Shown: in pieces, positions 36,066 to 48,680 of the stretch
Layout of the letters: the number at the start of each line of letters is the position of its first letter
Position numbering within the stretch: the stretch's first letter is position 1
Assembly: GCA_028534125.1 (NCBI GenBank)
Contig: CM052816.1
Coordinates: 82,150,001-82,214,000, forward strand
Direction: 5' to 3'
Source: Lama glama
Lineage: Eukaryota
DNA length: 64,000 nt
Notes under the pieces: generated by a model
What the model was told of the DNA's origin: nothing
Databases searched by the model: none
Seen by the model: the letters and a program-made list of their open reading frames with translations, nothing else
Position numbers and translations under genes: made by a program

Positions 36066-39000
36066 ATGATTATGACTTGAACTCAGTATACTTGATGAGG
36101 TTCGATGTATCATATTTGTTTGAAATGGTTGTGGTGACACTTTCTATTCTAGGATATAAGGTACCCCAAATTGCAACTGGTGAGGCAGGAAGACTGTGGC
36201 TTTATGTGATGTCAATAAGTACATGCAGTAGAAGAGGAGGGACGTTTCTGCTGACCTTTGTTTTGCAAAATATGATCTTTTTTTGGTGAAGCATAAGGCA
36301 GAGCTATCCTGTCATATGACATATTGGGGCCATTGTCCTGGAGTGACTGGCTCTGAGCAGTGAATCACAGGAGTTGGAACGCAAGCATTGTTCACTGATA
36401 TGATAATATCCAGATAGTCTCTTACTGTTCCCACCCCACCCCCGCCCCAGCACTGGCTGGTGGAATCTTCCTGTCTCCTGCCTGAGCCCCACATCTCAGT
36501 CCTGTATTTTTAAAAATTCATTTTACACTTTGCTCATTTGCATATGATGCTTGTTTAAAGGAGAAGGAGAAGGAAGCACAAAGCCTGCCTCTCCTTAGTT
36601 CCCTCAGCCCCTTGGAGATGCTGCTAGAAAAGGGGGCAGATCTTACACAATTACATAGCAGCTGGAGTTTAAATTGATGGTCCTTCCTCAAAGAGTTTAA
36701 TTCTAAGTAAGTGATGACACACATAAAATTAGATCAAGAAACAGTACAATGTTATATGTCCTTGTTTTTTTTTTCTTGTTGGTATTTTTCATCTGTGACA
36801 ATTCGCCCATGAGGGTTTTGGATAAATGCATGTAAGTTATATTATGTGTTTAAAGATTTTAATTTCATTTGTTATTTTTATTTGTGCATTAACTTCATCC
36901 AAATTTTTACTGAAACTTAACTTAAAACAACATTTTTTGCCCTGAAAACTAGTAGATTCTTGAAGTGTCTTGTTTTGTGCATATGTGTAGTCAAACCCCT
37001 ATCCCATCATATGTCACTTCTCTGCTCCTGCACTCAGGAATTTCCCATAAAATGAGGCAAAATGATTGGGGAAACTTGAATTATCTGCATAAGTATTGCA
37101 AGGTGGCACTTAACATTCTAGTCTGACTCCTTCATTCCATACTACCTCTTTCTCCTTTTTCCCACCCTCTGCTTGGAGCATCTAGGCTACCCCAAAAGAA
37201 AATGATTATGTGATTATGATACCAGAGAAAAGTAGTTACGGTGTGTCTTACTAAATCATTTTGAGGCACATATCTTATTCTGCTAGCATTCATATGGCCC
37301 ATGATTACAAACATACAGAGTTCTTGAAGATTGATTAAACATTAAAAATACAGCATCCTTTTGCATTTCTAAATGAAAATCATTAGACAGGCTATTAAAA
37401 TGGCAAGAGACTGCATAGCTTATGGGATGAAACATTTAAATTCAGATTTTTCTGGTGCAAGTTTTTATGGTGGAAACCATGTGAGAAATATTACTTAGTT
37501 CACACCTCCTTTGAATCCCTCTGCATGTTGCTGCCTCTGCAGCGTTTTACTAAAAGTTACAGTGACTTCAGTGAGATTTCGTGATAAGCTGAACTCCTCA
37601 CAGCTTGATCCTTCCCTGACTTTGTAGTGAAAACCACTGTTGTTGAGTGGAACACAGGTTGCTAGTTGCTCTCCTGGACCTGGCATTCTACCCAAATACC
37701 TCATGTTTATTCCTTGCTGCCTAGTGGCTCCATCTGATTCTGATGCTTGCTTCTGAATATTGACTGGGGTGGGATCATATTTGGGGGTTCAAGATCTAAA
37801 CCCAGAGCCTTGTGATCTGGGTCTTCCCAGGGAGCAGATTTCCTGGTCTGTGGTTCACCCTTGCAGAGTTGAGACTGATGCAGAGATGCTGATGGGTTTT
37901 AGAGGCTGGCCTCTTGGGACATGGCAGCTTGCCACGATGCCATCAGTTTAGACTAATGATTGCACAGAATTCTCATGAAGCAGATGGCTACTAACCACAA
38001 TATTAATATTATTTTGCTTTGTACATTTAGAGAAAAATCATTTCACAGTTGTAAANNNNNNNNNNNNNNNNNNNNNNNNNNNNNNNNNNNNNNNNNNNNN
38101 NNNNNNNNNNNNNNNNNNNNNNNNNNNNNNNNNNNNNNNNNNNNNNNNNNNNNNNNNNNNNNNNNNNNNNNNNNNNNNNNNNNNNNNNNNNNNNNNNNNN
38201 NNNGCCATTTCCTCTCTCTGCCTAGCTAGCTGTAGAATAAAATGCTATGAATTTTACCTTGAAGGGATCGACAGCTGGATTTAAATGTTACCTGTGTAAT
38301 TTGCTTAGAGATACCATTGTTTATAAATTTGAAGAGTGGATATTCTTTGACAGGATTCGGAATGAAGTTGGAGGTTTGAGGTAATTGCTTAGATAATCCA
38401 GGTAGCCGAGATACTTCTGTCTGGATTCCCCCAATAACAAAGCCCAAAACAAAAGAAATGTATTTATGTTTGAATTAGTCAGGTAATTACTTCTGCACTT
38501 TGCTGATGACATTCTGATTTGAGTGTATTGGGAGAGACAATGGTAACAGTTAAGTTCATGTGATGGAATGGCGGTCCTGTGATCTGTATAATTCAGCCAC
38601 AGGGTGCCGATCACTGTTTTATTTTGATTAGTGTTCTGAACCTTCTGTAATGCTATTTTCAGGATAACTTACTAACAAAAGTAACTCAGGAATGCCTAAT
38701 ATTGGGGCATTAGGGAATTTAGCAAGACTTTGCCTCAAGCACGAGAATTTTAAAATTTGGAACACAAGAGTGAAATGGAGCACTTGGCAGTGGTGTGCAC
38801 GTTTCCTGTTCATCTCTCAAACTGTCTTGAAGCCCAGCATAGGCAAATGCGATTCACTGTGTGTAGTTTTTTTGAACAGACCAGATGTTTGGGAATGGTT
38901 TTTCACCTGCTTGATGTTTTGACTTTCTTATTCTTGTGACATTCTTTAAACATAATGTCAGAAAGGAAGGGAAAAGAACCAACTGCTTTTTGGATCTAGT

Positions 39001-39314
39001 AAACTAATAAGAGAGACATAAAATCATAAAACAATAGGCAATGGCTAATGGATAAGAGAAGAAGAAAATCACATCTTCTCAGGCAAAGGGTTGGAAGGAA
39101 GAATTGGTAAGGGATAATAGTCATATTCCACTTCGAAGTTCTGTTTTGAACTCTTGGTAATTCAGTTCCAAATCCAAAACAAGAAAAGTAAAGGCTTACT
39201 CAGTATCCAACTGACTGTTTCTTAACAAAACATCCTTAATTATATTCGACATCTAGTTTTTGACCACTTAGCAGTTTTGCAGCAATAAATTAGAAGGACA
39301 GGAGGTGACATGAC

Positions 39315-40110
39315 TAGATGGAAGTTTAATGACAGTGGAAGTGACAGCTGACCTTGAGTGGCAAGGGAACAACCATCACCATAAAAAAGCGGATGTTGAG
39401 GGTATTACAACAGAAATACAATGATGAATCCTCACAGTGATGACTCTGAGTTCAAGAAAGTATAGTCAATTTCCCTTAGAAAACCAATAGTGATTTCTTT
39501 AAGAAGCTGATGAACGATGATGCAGTTTGGCAAATGCATAGGAATCTGTCAATAATTTGGAAAATTCATTTATGTGGAATAGTGGATTCTCAGTGATGCA
39601 GTTCATTAGGTGTCTTTGCATTTGAGTTGTGTCATGTCAAATCAAATTCTCTATCCCTCTCTGAGCAGTAATGATTCAAGAAATAGTGGTATGGGTCAAA
39701 TACCTGAAATTATTCACTTGGAGTTTCATTCCTTTGGGCCTTAAAGGCATTTTCATTTTCACAAACCTCCTGTTAAAATTAAAATGCCTATAGGTCATAG
39801 ACTCTACCCTAGTAATCCATGGACATTACATTGTTAGATTATTCTGGAAGCTAGATGCTATGAGAGTTTTATGCAGGATAAGCACTTATTCATGTCCTCA
39901 GCTCAGACTATCTCCATACTCTGGATACTGAGGAAAAGATTTTGAAAGCAAACAGCTTATTTCAATTCTGTAAAACAGTTACCCAACTTTCATTTTCGCA
40001 TTCCCAGGGAATAGGCATCTTCTAAGCTTGATGCACTGGAAAATTCCATCCATGGTGCGAGCTGTAGCTGATAAATTGATTGGTCACTCTTTTTGACTGT
40101 ATGACAAGCT
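39315..40110 (+). mobile_element. Possible very old CR1/L3 ORF2 fragments
   Basis: Weak collinear resemblance to CR1 'EVEVxGTLGxSDH' (gtggaagtgacag..accttgagtgg..aaccatcac) and 'HPRVLxELAD' (ttccatccatggtg..gtagctgat) segments. Confidence 0.3.
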
Positions 40111-40461
40111 TGCTGAGTAAATGATACTACAGTTGCAAAATGAACTTTAAATGGCATGTAGTTATATGCAAGGAGAACTCAAGGATGATTGGCAATGTTA
40201 TATAAGTTAATAAGAGAAGTAAGAAATGTGTGCAGTTCCAGCTAATGCATACCTGTATGGGCAGCCATGCTTCTGGTTATTAATAACAGCAGAAATGGAG
40301 ACCGCAGAAGGAATGAAGGGGAAGCTTTGGCTGCAGCAAATGTGGAAATAAAGCGAACTGTTTGCCAGGTGGCCTACCTTGTTTGGAGAGAGCACCAGTG
40401 ATGAGCTCGGCCAATCTCAGTTCCAAGTGGAAAAATATTTTATAGGAGGATAGCATGGTTT

Positions 40462-40592
40462 TAAGGTAATCATCCGTCCTAGTTTGCCTGGGATGGTTCC
40501 AGTGTATGCCTATTGTACTGGTTTAATTATTGATATTGCCTTATTTTACCGTCAGCAGTGTCCTGGCTTGAATGTTAATTCCATGGTCACTA
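40462..40592 (+). mobile_element. MER94 (hAT-Blackjack)
   Basis: aggtaatcatccgtcctagtttgcctggga...taattattgata...gtgtcctggcttg...atggtcac. Confidence 0.75.
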
Positions 40593-41794
40593 CACTTCAT
40601 TTTGAGTAAAACAGAAGGAAAAAAATACAGAGCCTATTGTGAAACTGATCATTCACAGAAAACCTCTCCCACAACCTCTTATTTCCTTACAAGTGAAATA
40701 ATAAAAATGGACCTGACAGTCATAAGTCTAGTTTCTTACCTAGTAAAGAAATGACATCAAACCCTGCAGCAACTTCATCCTTCTCCCCCTACTGCCTTTG
40801 TGTTTTATGGAGCCACCTATGTTCGCTGTGGAATTGATAATAACTAGACAAAGATGAACATTTTGGATGAGAAATGTGGAAATAAACAATGCTGCACGTC
40901 TGAGTTTATATCCAATGGTGTCTCAGCCAGGAACTGGAGAGGGAAAAGAGAAGTCCTAAGCATATGTCCAGAGAAATGCTAATTTTCCCGAACTATCAGC
41001 CTGCTGCATCTGGGCTGAGTCCTGTTCCCCCACTGGCAGTCCACCCCACATTGCCAGCCGGGGACGTTATTAGAATGAATTTATCACCCTTTGTTGTCAT
41101 GAACACTGACTGCAGTGGACAGTCAGTTTTTTACACTCTTTCTGAATGGGTCTGAAAAGCAGTTTCAGAATTTTTCAAAGTGACTTTTGGGGGCAGTATT
41201 CACTGTATCGGGGACACAGTCTGATACACAAGAACAATGTGAAGGCCCGTCCTTCGATCATCACACAGAGCTGCTTTTAGGGTGCTTCTTGTGTCAAAAA
41301 CCCCTGCGGGCTAACTTTATTTTCACTCTCTTATGTAACATTAGTATTCTTTCACCATTGTTTCTTCCAATATGTTGTTGTATGGCAAGTAAGAAGCTCC
41401 TGAGTATTGTGCCCACTGGATCAAACCAACTTGTCTTGCATTTTGGCATCTGTCCAGCATCTTCTTTATCTATGCTATCTCTTTGGTCTTTGCCATGAAG
41501 ACATTCTTGAGAAAAAGTCTGAGGATCAAACAGGAGGGTTACACAGGGCTTAGAACGACTAGCTAGGAGAAGTATGGCAGGGGGAAGGAAGACACGTGAA
41601 GCCTGGGCGGAAGTGGAAAGGAGGAACTTGTGATAAGACAGTGGAGTGAAGGGGTGTGCTCCCTAGGACCCCAGTCCTGTGAGGTAGGCATGAAGAGGAC
41701 AGTGGGTCAGCTGGTATTCCGGATACTCCAGTAAGCAAGAGAGGAGTGTGAGCTGTCAGCAAAAGTGACGTGGTGGCCAGGAGCTCTGAGGACT

Positions 41795-42000
41795 GATACG
41801 GGATGGCCCCTAGCTGTGTGACTTCAAGCAAGTTTCTCAGTGTCTCTCTGCTTCAGTTTCTTCATCTTAAACTGGGGGTGAATACTGCAGTATCCCTGTA
41901 ACAGGGCTGGCCTGAAGATTGTATGCATCAATCTGTGCAAAGAGTTTAGGAAAGTCACAGGCACATTCCGAGAGCTCAGAACTCAGTAAATGTTAGCTCT
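41795..42000 (+). mobile_element. MIR SINE
   Basis: ctagctgtgtgacttcaagcaagtttctcagtgtctctctgcttcagtttcttcatct...ctcagtaaatgttagct. Confidence 0.75.
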
Positions 42001-43130
42001 CGAAAAGCACCCTTGGCTGTTGGTTTTTGGCACGATCTTCTCCCTAAAACTGTGTGCAATGTAACTGACCATCACTGAGCCAGGAAGGACTTAGCTAACT
42101 GGACCAGCAGCAACATAGCCATGTAACACCAGTGTTATTTCTCTGCAGCACAGTGTGGATTCTCAACTGACTGGCTTGAACTCACAGTTCCCCTCTGGGC
42201 CAAAGAAGACAAGAATGCTGGATGATTATCACATAAAATAGCAAAATTATGGCCCAAACTCTAGGTGTCCATTGGGGAGTATCAACTGGCCCTAAGACAA
42301 TGATCTCCCTTTGATGATAAGTGCTAGAAAAACAGAATGTACGTCATCTCTTCTTATTCTCTTTGCCACACTATCACCGTGTCCAGAGACAGTGTTCAGC
42401 CGTGGGGAGAGTGTATTACCCCTTTACAGTCAAGGGTAAATCATGCCCTATAACTGGAGTGTCTAAAAATTCCATTTAGTTATCTTCTTAAATTTAAAAC
42501 ATCCGGATTATCCAAGTGTATCAGACTCTCTTAGTTTCTAATATCAATACTCAATAAACTGGCCTTTATTAAGTGTATCTATGACTGTGTTGAAATAGTA
42601 GACTTAGAAGACGTGATTCCTGCTTTCAAAGAATGTATGACCTAGTTGAGAAACAAAACCTTAGTGTGTTCTTGATATTAAGCTGCTACGTGTCATTGCC
42701 ATTACAGTTTGCAAAAAAAAAAAAAGTCTCTTGATTCTGTTCATCCCGTGTTCGGATAGTGCAGCCCTTCCTGCGCTACTCGCCTGAATTCGCTGTCGTG
42801 GTAACACGACACCTCACACTGGTGCTTTGGCTCTTTTTCAGTGCTGGAGATTTCTAATGATCATTGTAGATTAATCACTCCCCAGCTCATTCTTTCCCGG
42901 AAAAAGAGAAGACCTTATTTTCTGTGCCTGTGTGATTTGTCCTGCTCATTTTGTACTTGAAATTCTTGCTTAAGCACTATTTTCATCACCTTGATTTTGT
43001 TGTAATTTTTAAAACCGTTTTTAAAAATTTAAATGGAGGTCATCTGTGTAAGGTGTCCAGGGCATAAGGAGGGATTAATGAAACTTAATTCAGTTTATTA
43101 ATCCATTTTTTGTTCTTCTGTAGTGCAGTT

Positions 43131-43240
43131 TCAGCAAGTGTTCTGAGTGATTGGGTGGGTCCATGGATGTCTCTCTTGGTGTGTTTGTGGGAGTCTGTGA
43201 GCTAAGGGTGTCCTTCTACTCCACCATCTTGGCCACCCCC
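43131..43240 (-). mobile_element. 110-bp L1 5'-UTR tip insertion flanked by a 13-bp TSD, no poly(A)
   Basis: Minus strand GGGGGTGGCCAAGATGGTGGAGTAGAAGGAC...AGCTCAC...CCCACAAACACACCAAGA resembles the artiodactyl L1 5' terminus. Perfect direct repeat CTGTAGTGCAGTT at 43118-43130 and 43241-43253. Confidence 0.8.
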
Positions 43241-45174
43241 CTGTAGTGCAGTTCCAAATCATTCTTTTCCATCATGTAGCATATTCAAGTTCATTTCCAT
43301 TTTATGCATTTATTCTTAAATTGGGGAAGATGAAGACAACTATGTAAAGCACTAGGATGAGGGGCATCTCTCTGTCTCCTGGGACAGGAACACAGGCACG
43401 AGTAATATATTCTGCGGAGCAAGAGTAAAAACAATAAATGCCCTGAGTATACTTCTCATTAAGCAGGTAAAATTATTTTCCTATTTTCATAGCTGTGTGT
43501 TTGAGGCTTGTATTTTTATTTACAGTATAAATTCTATGCTCTTTTCAGTAGGTGCTGTTTCTTGTACTGAGCAATGGTTACTAAAGACTGTTTTTCACTC
43601 CCGCATGTAATGTGCTCCTGATATGCAACAAAAGCTTTCTTTCAGTTAACGTGCTCACCCCTTTCATGGTAGCAACATGGAGCAGTATTTTAGAACCTCG
43701 AACACCTCAGGTTTATATATAGCATTATTTATTTGTATAGTCTTTAAACATAATTGTCCCTGCACAAAGTAACTTTTTGTTATTTCTTTGAACTTAATTT
43801 TATAAAAATATGGCACAGCTGAGTTGGATTTTCAGAATTCTTTCTCAGATTTTGGCTTTCTTGTCACTGGAAGATTGTTTTTTTTTTCTCTCAGAAGATT
43901 AACTGCATTGTATCAGTCACCTCGGAATACCCCTCTGAGATGAACTAAGGAACTAATAAATACGGCTTTACATTTTTCAATGGGTGATTAGTTATAAAAC
44001 TATGACCATAATGGATAAAATGCCATCAACTCCCTAGAAGTTTCTGGTGCTAAGGCCTGACTGCACATTGCATTTCATCAGGGTGCTCCTGGCTGGTGGA
44101 GGTTGAGAGCCACCTTCTCTCTCCATTGCGAACTTGGCCAGTTCTGATTCTCTTTGTGTATCCACCTGGCTGCTTTGGATAGTACATTGACCACTGGTAC
44201 ACAAATGCTTTGGCCATTTCTATCATAGCATCTACCGGGGAGACCAGAAACCTACTACTTAATGATTTTGTATAGTACTTATGCTAAATGGAATAATCTC
44301 TTTTAATTTCATCAGTAAATGAAATTAATTCAGAGTTAAAAACTATAACTGATCTGAAGAAGTACTGAGGAAGATAGATGATAAATATGTCTTCTCTACT
44401 TCAGAACTTGCTCTCCATTCAAGATTAAACAAAACAAAACCAAACAACAACCAAAAAAACCCCAGAAGATTTTGTTATTTTCTGTTACCTGGAAGACTGG
44501 TTGGTCTTCATTCGTGTTGGCTGGCAGTAAAACCCAATGCCCAGGAAGATGAAACACTGGTAGGTATTCCTCAGGAATGGTTCAGAAAATTTATTCCTTT
44601 CAGACCTCATATCTTATTTAGAAGTACAGCCAATACCCAAAATACATAGTCTGCCAGTGCCTCACAGTGTCTGAAATTCTTCAAAGCTTTTCTTATTTTA
44701 TATGACCACCATCTTTTACTGTCTACTCTGGATGGACAATTAACTGAAATTTTACCTATGTCTGAAGAAGAGAAAAAAGGCCAGTCATAAAAGCTTGTTG
44801 TAACTTGGAGCTTTGGCTATTATTACAACCTTCTGTCTTTGGTAAGCAGTCATGGTAAGTTTTTGTTTTTTTTTTTTAACTCTGAATCCTTTTTTTGGCC
44901 AAGCTATGTCCTATTTATGTGAACTACCCAGTATAAGGTCTACAAGAAACTGAGACAAAAGAGAAAAAAGTGAGGATTTTCTGTGATTTGAGCTTTATAA
45001 CTGCATACATTAAGTAGTGATGCATTCAATAAAACAGATTAGAATGAGAAGACAAGAGACATAAAAAAATACCTATGCATCCCTTCTGTGTAGTTTTTTC
45101 AATATCCGAGACAGAGACTTGTATTTAAAGGAGAACTTATAAATCATCTTGGAGGCTACTGCACTTAATGCAAT

Positions 45175-45455
45175 GTCTGTATGGATGACCAGTTGGCATG
45201 GCAGTGACAGATGGCCTCACACAACTGGGTCCGGTGGTTCAAATGTAGTTCACTTTGGCAGTGACTGAAAGTCTTTATGATCCAGTGATTGTTCAGCGAC
45301 CTGGATGAAATGAATTGGTTCTTTCCTGGTGAATAGCTGTCCATGTCACAAGACTAGAATGTAACCGGTACTAATTGTCTCCCTGGTTGATGGTTTCAGA
45401 ACAGGGTTAAAGAGGTCATAAGGAAGGGTGACAAAATGCTCTGTCTTTTCACACC
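45175..45455 (+). mobile_element. LF-SINE (LFSINE_Vert) ancient tRNA-derived SINE copy
   Basis: Collinear blocks matching the recalled LF-SINE consensus: B-box-like GGTTCAAAT (45236), GGCAGTGACTGAAAGTC, TGTTCAGCGACCT..TGAAATGAATTGG (45306-45318), TTCCTGGTGAATAGCTGTCCATGTCACAA, GGTACTAATTG (45367-45377), CCCTGGTTGATGGTTTCAG. Confidence 0.8.
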
Positions 45456-45884
45456 ATCGCTCATTTACTGAGCTCATGGCACCCGGTCATCCCATAGGCC
45501 AGGCAGAAAGGAAGAAACCATTCATTGTTGCAACCTGAGTTAAACTGAGGCTTCCTTAAATGACATGTGTTCAATTCTCTTGATTATCTCTGTGACAAAA
45601 TCTTTATACATGCCAAATTTAGTTCAACACCTTCACCCCAGGGGGGTGGGGGGTGGGGAAGCAAAAGCAGTGGTAGAAAAGAAAAATAGTCTTTAAAATG
45701 ACAAACACGTCTGCTCATTTAGAACAAAGTCCAGACTTAAAAAATTCATGGAATTAACTTTATAGTTTCTTTATAGTTGTATCCTACTGTGTTAGAGAGT
45801 TGATTTAAAATTTACTCTCATCAATGCTTGTCCTTCAGGACCCATTAGAATAGTTTTTAACATTTTTGTCCTACATAAAATGAA

Positions 45885-47200
45885 ATCTAGAAGAATTTTC
45901 CCTGGATGGGAAGAATTAAATTAAAGATGCCAATCTTTGCTAAATGAATATAAAAATATAATTCAATCCCAAGAAGCATCCAAAAAGTTGATACTCTAAT
46001 AGGGAAGAATTCCAAGAGAATTAATAATAATGAGATACACACAATAATATTGAAAGAGACAAAAGAGTTACTGTAATGAAATAATATGAGACTGGAAGTT
46101 AAATAGACAAGCAGATTGATGGAATTCAGCTGGACTGTGGCCACATATACATATCCCTACACATGGGAATTTAGTATTTGTTTAGCAAGGTGTTTCAAAT
46201 CTAGAAGATACTTGGAAAATTGAGTGTTCAAAAGCAAAACACAAAATTGGATTCCCCCTCATATCAGAAACAAAATATAAACTACAGAAAATCTAAATAT
46301 AAAAATTATAAAAGTATCTGAGGAATATGTTTTTAAGTTTGGAGTGGCATTCCTAAGTTCTCGGAAACCAGAACCCTTAAAGAAGGCTCACAGGCAGATT
46401 GAGTTATGTTAAAATTCTAAATTCTGTAAAGGACAGCAAATCCAAAGTTAAAATACAAACAGTTAATGTGAAAATATTTGTATCGTATATAACAGGGGTA
46501 TGTAACAAATAGTCCATATGTTTAAAGAGTTCTAATACAGTGAAGAAAAATATTAAACAGTTAATAGAGAAGTGGACAAAGAATATGAACAGGCAATTTA
46601 GAGATGAAGAGCTGGAGAGGTCTAATAAAAATATAAAAAGTTGTTCCATTTAAGTACTAATAATTCCTTTAGGAATGAAAACTGAAATAAGATACCCTTT
46701 TTAAGATTGGGACAGCATAAAGAGAACCGAAGCCATTGTGTGTCGTGCTATGTGCTGCTATACTGTGGCATGAAAATGACCTTTTCATACATGACTGTGT
46801 TCAAGGGAATTTGTAAAACCTTTAGTTTGGTAGTAGCTGTTAAAAATTCAAATGCACATTTCCTATACCTTAGAAATATCATTCTGAAGCGTCTCATATA
46901 AAGCTATGGGTTCAGAAGCATATGTTTGTCCCCGTCACAAACATAAATGTTCATTAATAAGAAAATGGTACAGTACCTACTAATATGAAAAATATTTGTG
47001 TTATATTGTTGCGTGAAAACAAATGTGTAGTATGGTGGCAATTCTTTAATGTGTTTGTGTATATTTTTGTATAGTCTTAGGAAAATATTGAGAAGTATGT
47101 GTCCCTAATTGTTGAAAGTAGCTTAAAGTTTAAAATAGCTGAAAGGATGAGTGGGATTGGAGAAGTCAAGATGGGATTTTTTTCTTCCTTAAATAATTTT
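45885..47200 (+). mobile_element. Old L1 (L1ME-like) ORF2 3' part and 3' UTR
   Basis: Degenerate A-rich ORF2 phrases (tggatgggaagaattaa, ttcaatccca, gtggacaaagaatatgaacaggcaattta). Confidence 0.7.
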
Positions 47201-48680
47201 GTTTAATAAGGATGGGAACATGGGTCATTGTCTGGGCTTGAAATTTTGGGTTTTTCAGTGAGACAGGTTTGCCTGTGTGACCACACATGATGCGTGCTCT
47301 TGTCAACACCCATTTCTCCAGTAAGACCAAAGCAGGAATGATCATTAGCCTGCTCACCAAAGGAGCAATTCAGACCTGGCTAAGAAGGCTTTTGTGAGTG
47401 TACAAAGCACTAACGTGGCTTTGAGGGGTGCCTCATACTCAGATATAGGTAAAAGGAAAGTGACCATAGGAAACAGGAAAGGCCTTTTGGGAGAATGTTT
47501 GACTTCCTTTCACTGATACTTAATTTCAAAGTTATTTGCCTTTGGTCCCTTTTTTTGTTAATATAAAATGCCTACCATAAAATAACTCTCAGTAAGTATC
47601 AACTTTGTGAAATGATTGTTAATTGGAAAAATGATTTTTAAAATGTTTTGGTTTTTAATTCAGTCTTTTAATAACTCCTGATTTTTTAAAAAATGGGAGC
47701 ATCATTTCTTTCTCTCTCTTTTTTTTTTCATTTTCTTCTGTAAATTGTTTTAGTAATTCATGTTGTCACATTGGCGTTTGATTCAAGGAGAGAATCTGTG
47801 GCCTTCTCAAAGAAGTGCAGCAAAATTTCCAATTACTAAAATGCAAAACTTGTTCTCCCTTCTCATGTTTTTGTATCATAGCATGGAAATATGTCTTCTG
47901 ATTTTTTAGAGTAAGGAATTAGTTTTTAAAGTAGCAAATTGCTTTTAAAAGCACTTCTCTTTCTCGTTCATATTCCTTTTGCTGTTTTTGTATCAGTTAT
48001 TGGCTTTTGGAACAGGTTTGTTCTTTGCTTTTATGCAGCATAAATCAAACTAGACATTTATATTTCTGTATTTAAATAATATATTTTTTTTACCATGACC
48101 AGTATCCTAATTTATATCAAGGTGATATCTCCCATATGGGACCTATTTTATTGCCAGATTGTATGTGAACTTTTCTTCTGTTTATATCACAACTTTTCTG
48201 TTGTCATTTATTCTAAGAAACACTTTTGCTTTTATATAGGAAAATCATAAATGAAATCTTAATTTAAGCGATCAGTGATGGAGAGTGATTATGGCATTTA
48301 CCCAATACTAAGTTGGTGATAAAACCTAGAGAGAAGGAATTAGGGAGGTCAGTTTCCCTGAAGTGCTGCTTTCGACTTGCCAATTTATTATTCAAGATTC
48401 CTTAATGTTTTAATTCTGTAGCACCTCTTGGCTTTCATAAAGTAAAATAAAACATTTACCCCTGCCCTAGTCTGAAGTTTGTTTCCACCCCCTTAATACC
48501 TGAGAGGGGTGGAGAATGATGAAAAGTAGTTCCTCCCTGGTGCAGGACAGGCCTTGATAGAGCTAACCTGTTGCTCAAGGAGAAGTTGCAAGGAAAAATG
48601 ACCCTCAGATCAGTAATATTCTTGGTCTTTTCTCTAAAAAAAAAAAAAAAAGAGAGAAGATAAAAACCTAACAAAAGTGA

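Noticed and set aside
43905-43962. Possible AmnSINE1/L2-type 3' tail (tgtatcagtcacctcggaatacccctctgagatgaa...ataaat)
   Set aside because: Similarity is short and weak, and I could not find a Deu-core body upstream.
45225-45250. B-box-like GGTTCAAAT as a tRNA gene
   Set aside because: No cloverleaf; it is the tRNA-derived head of the LF-SINE.
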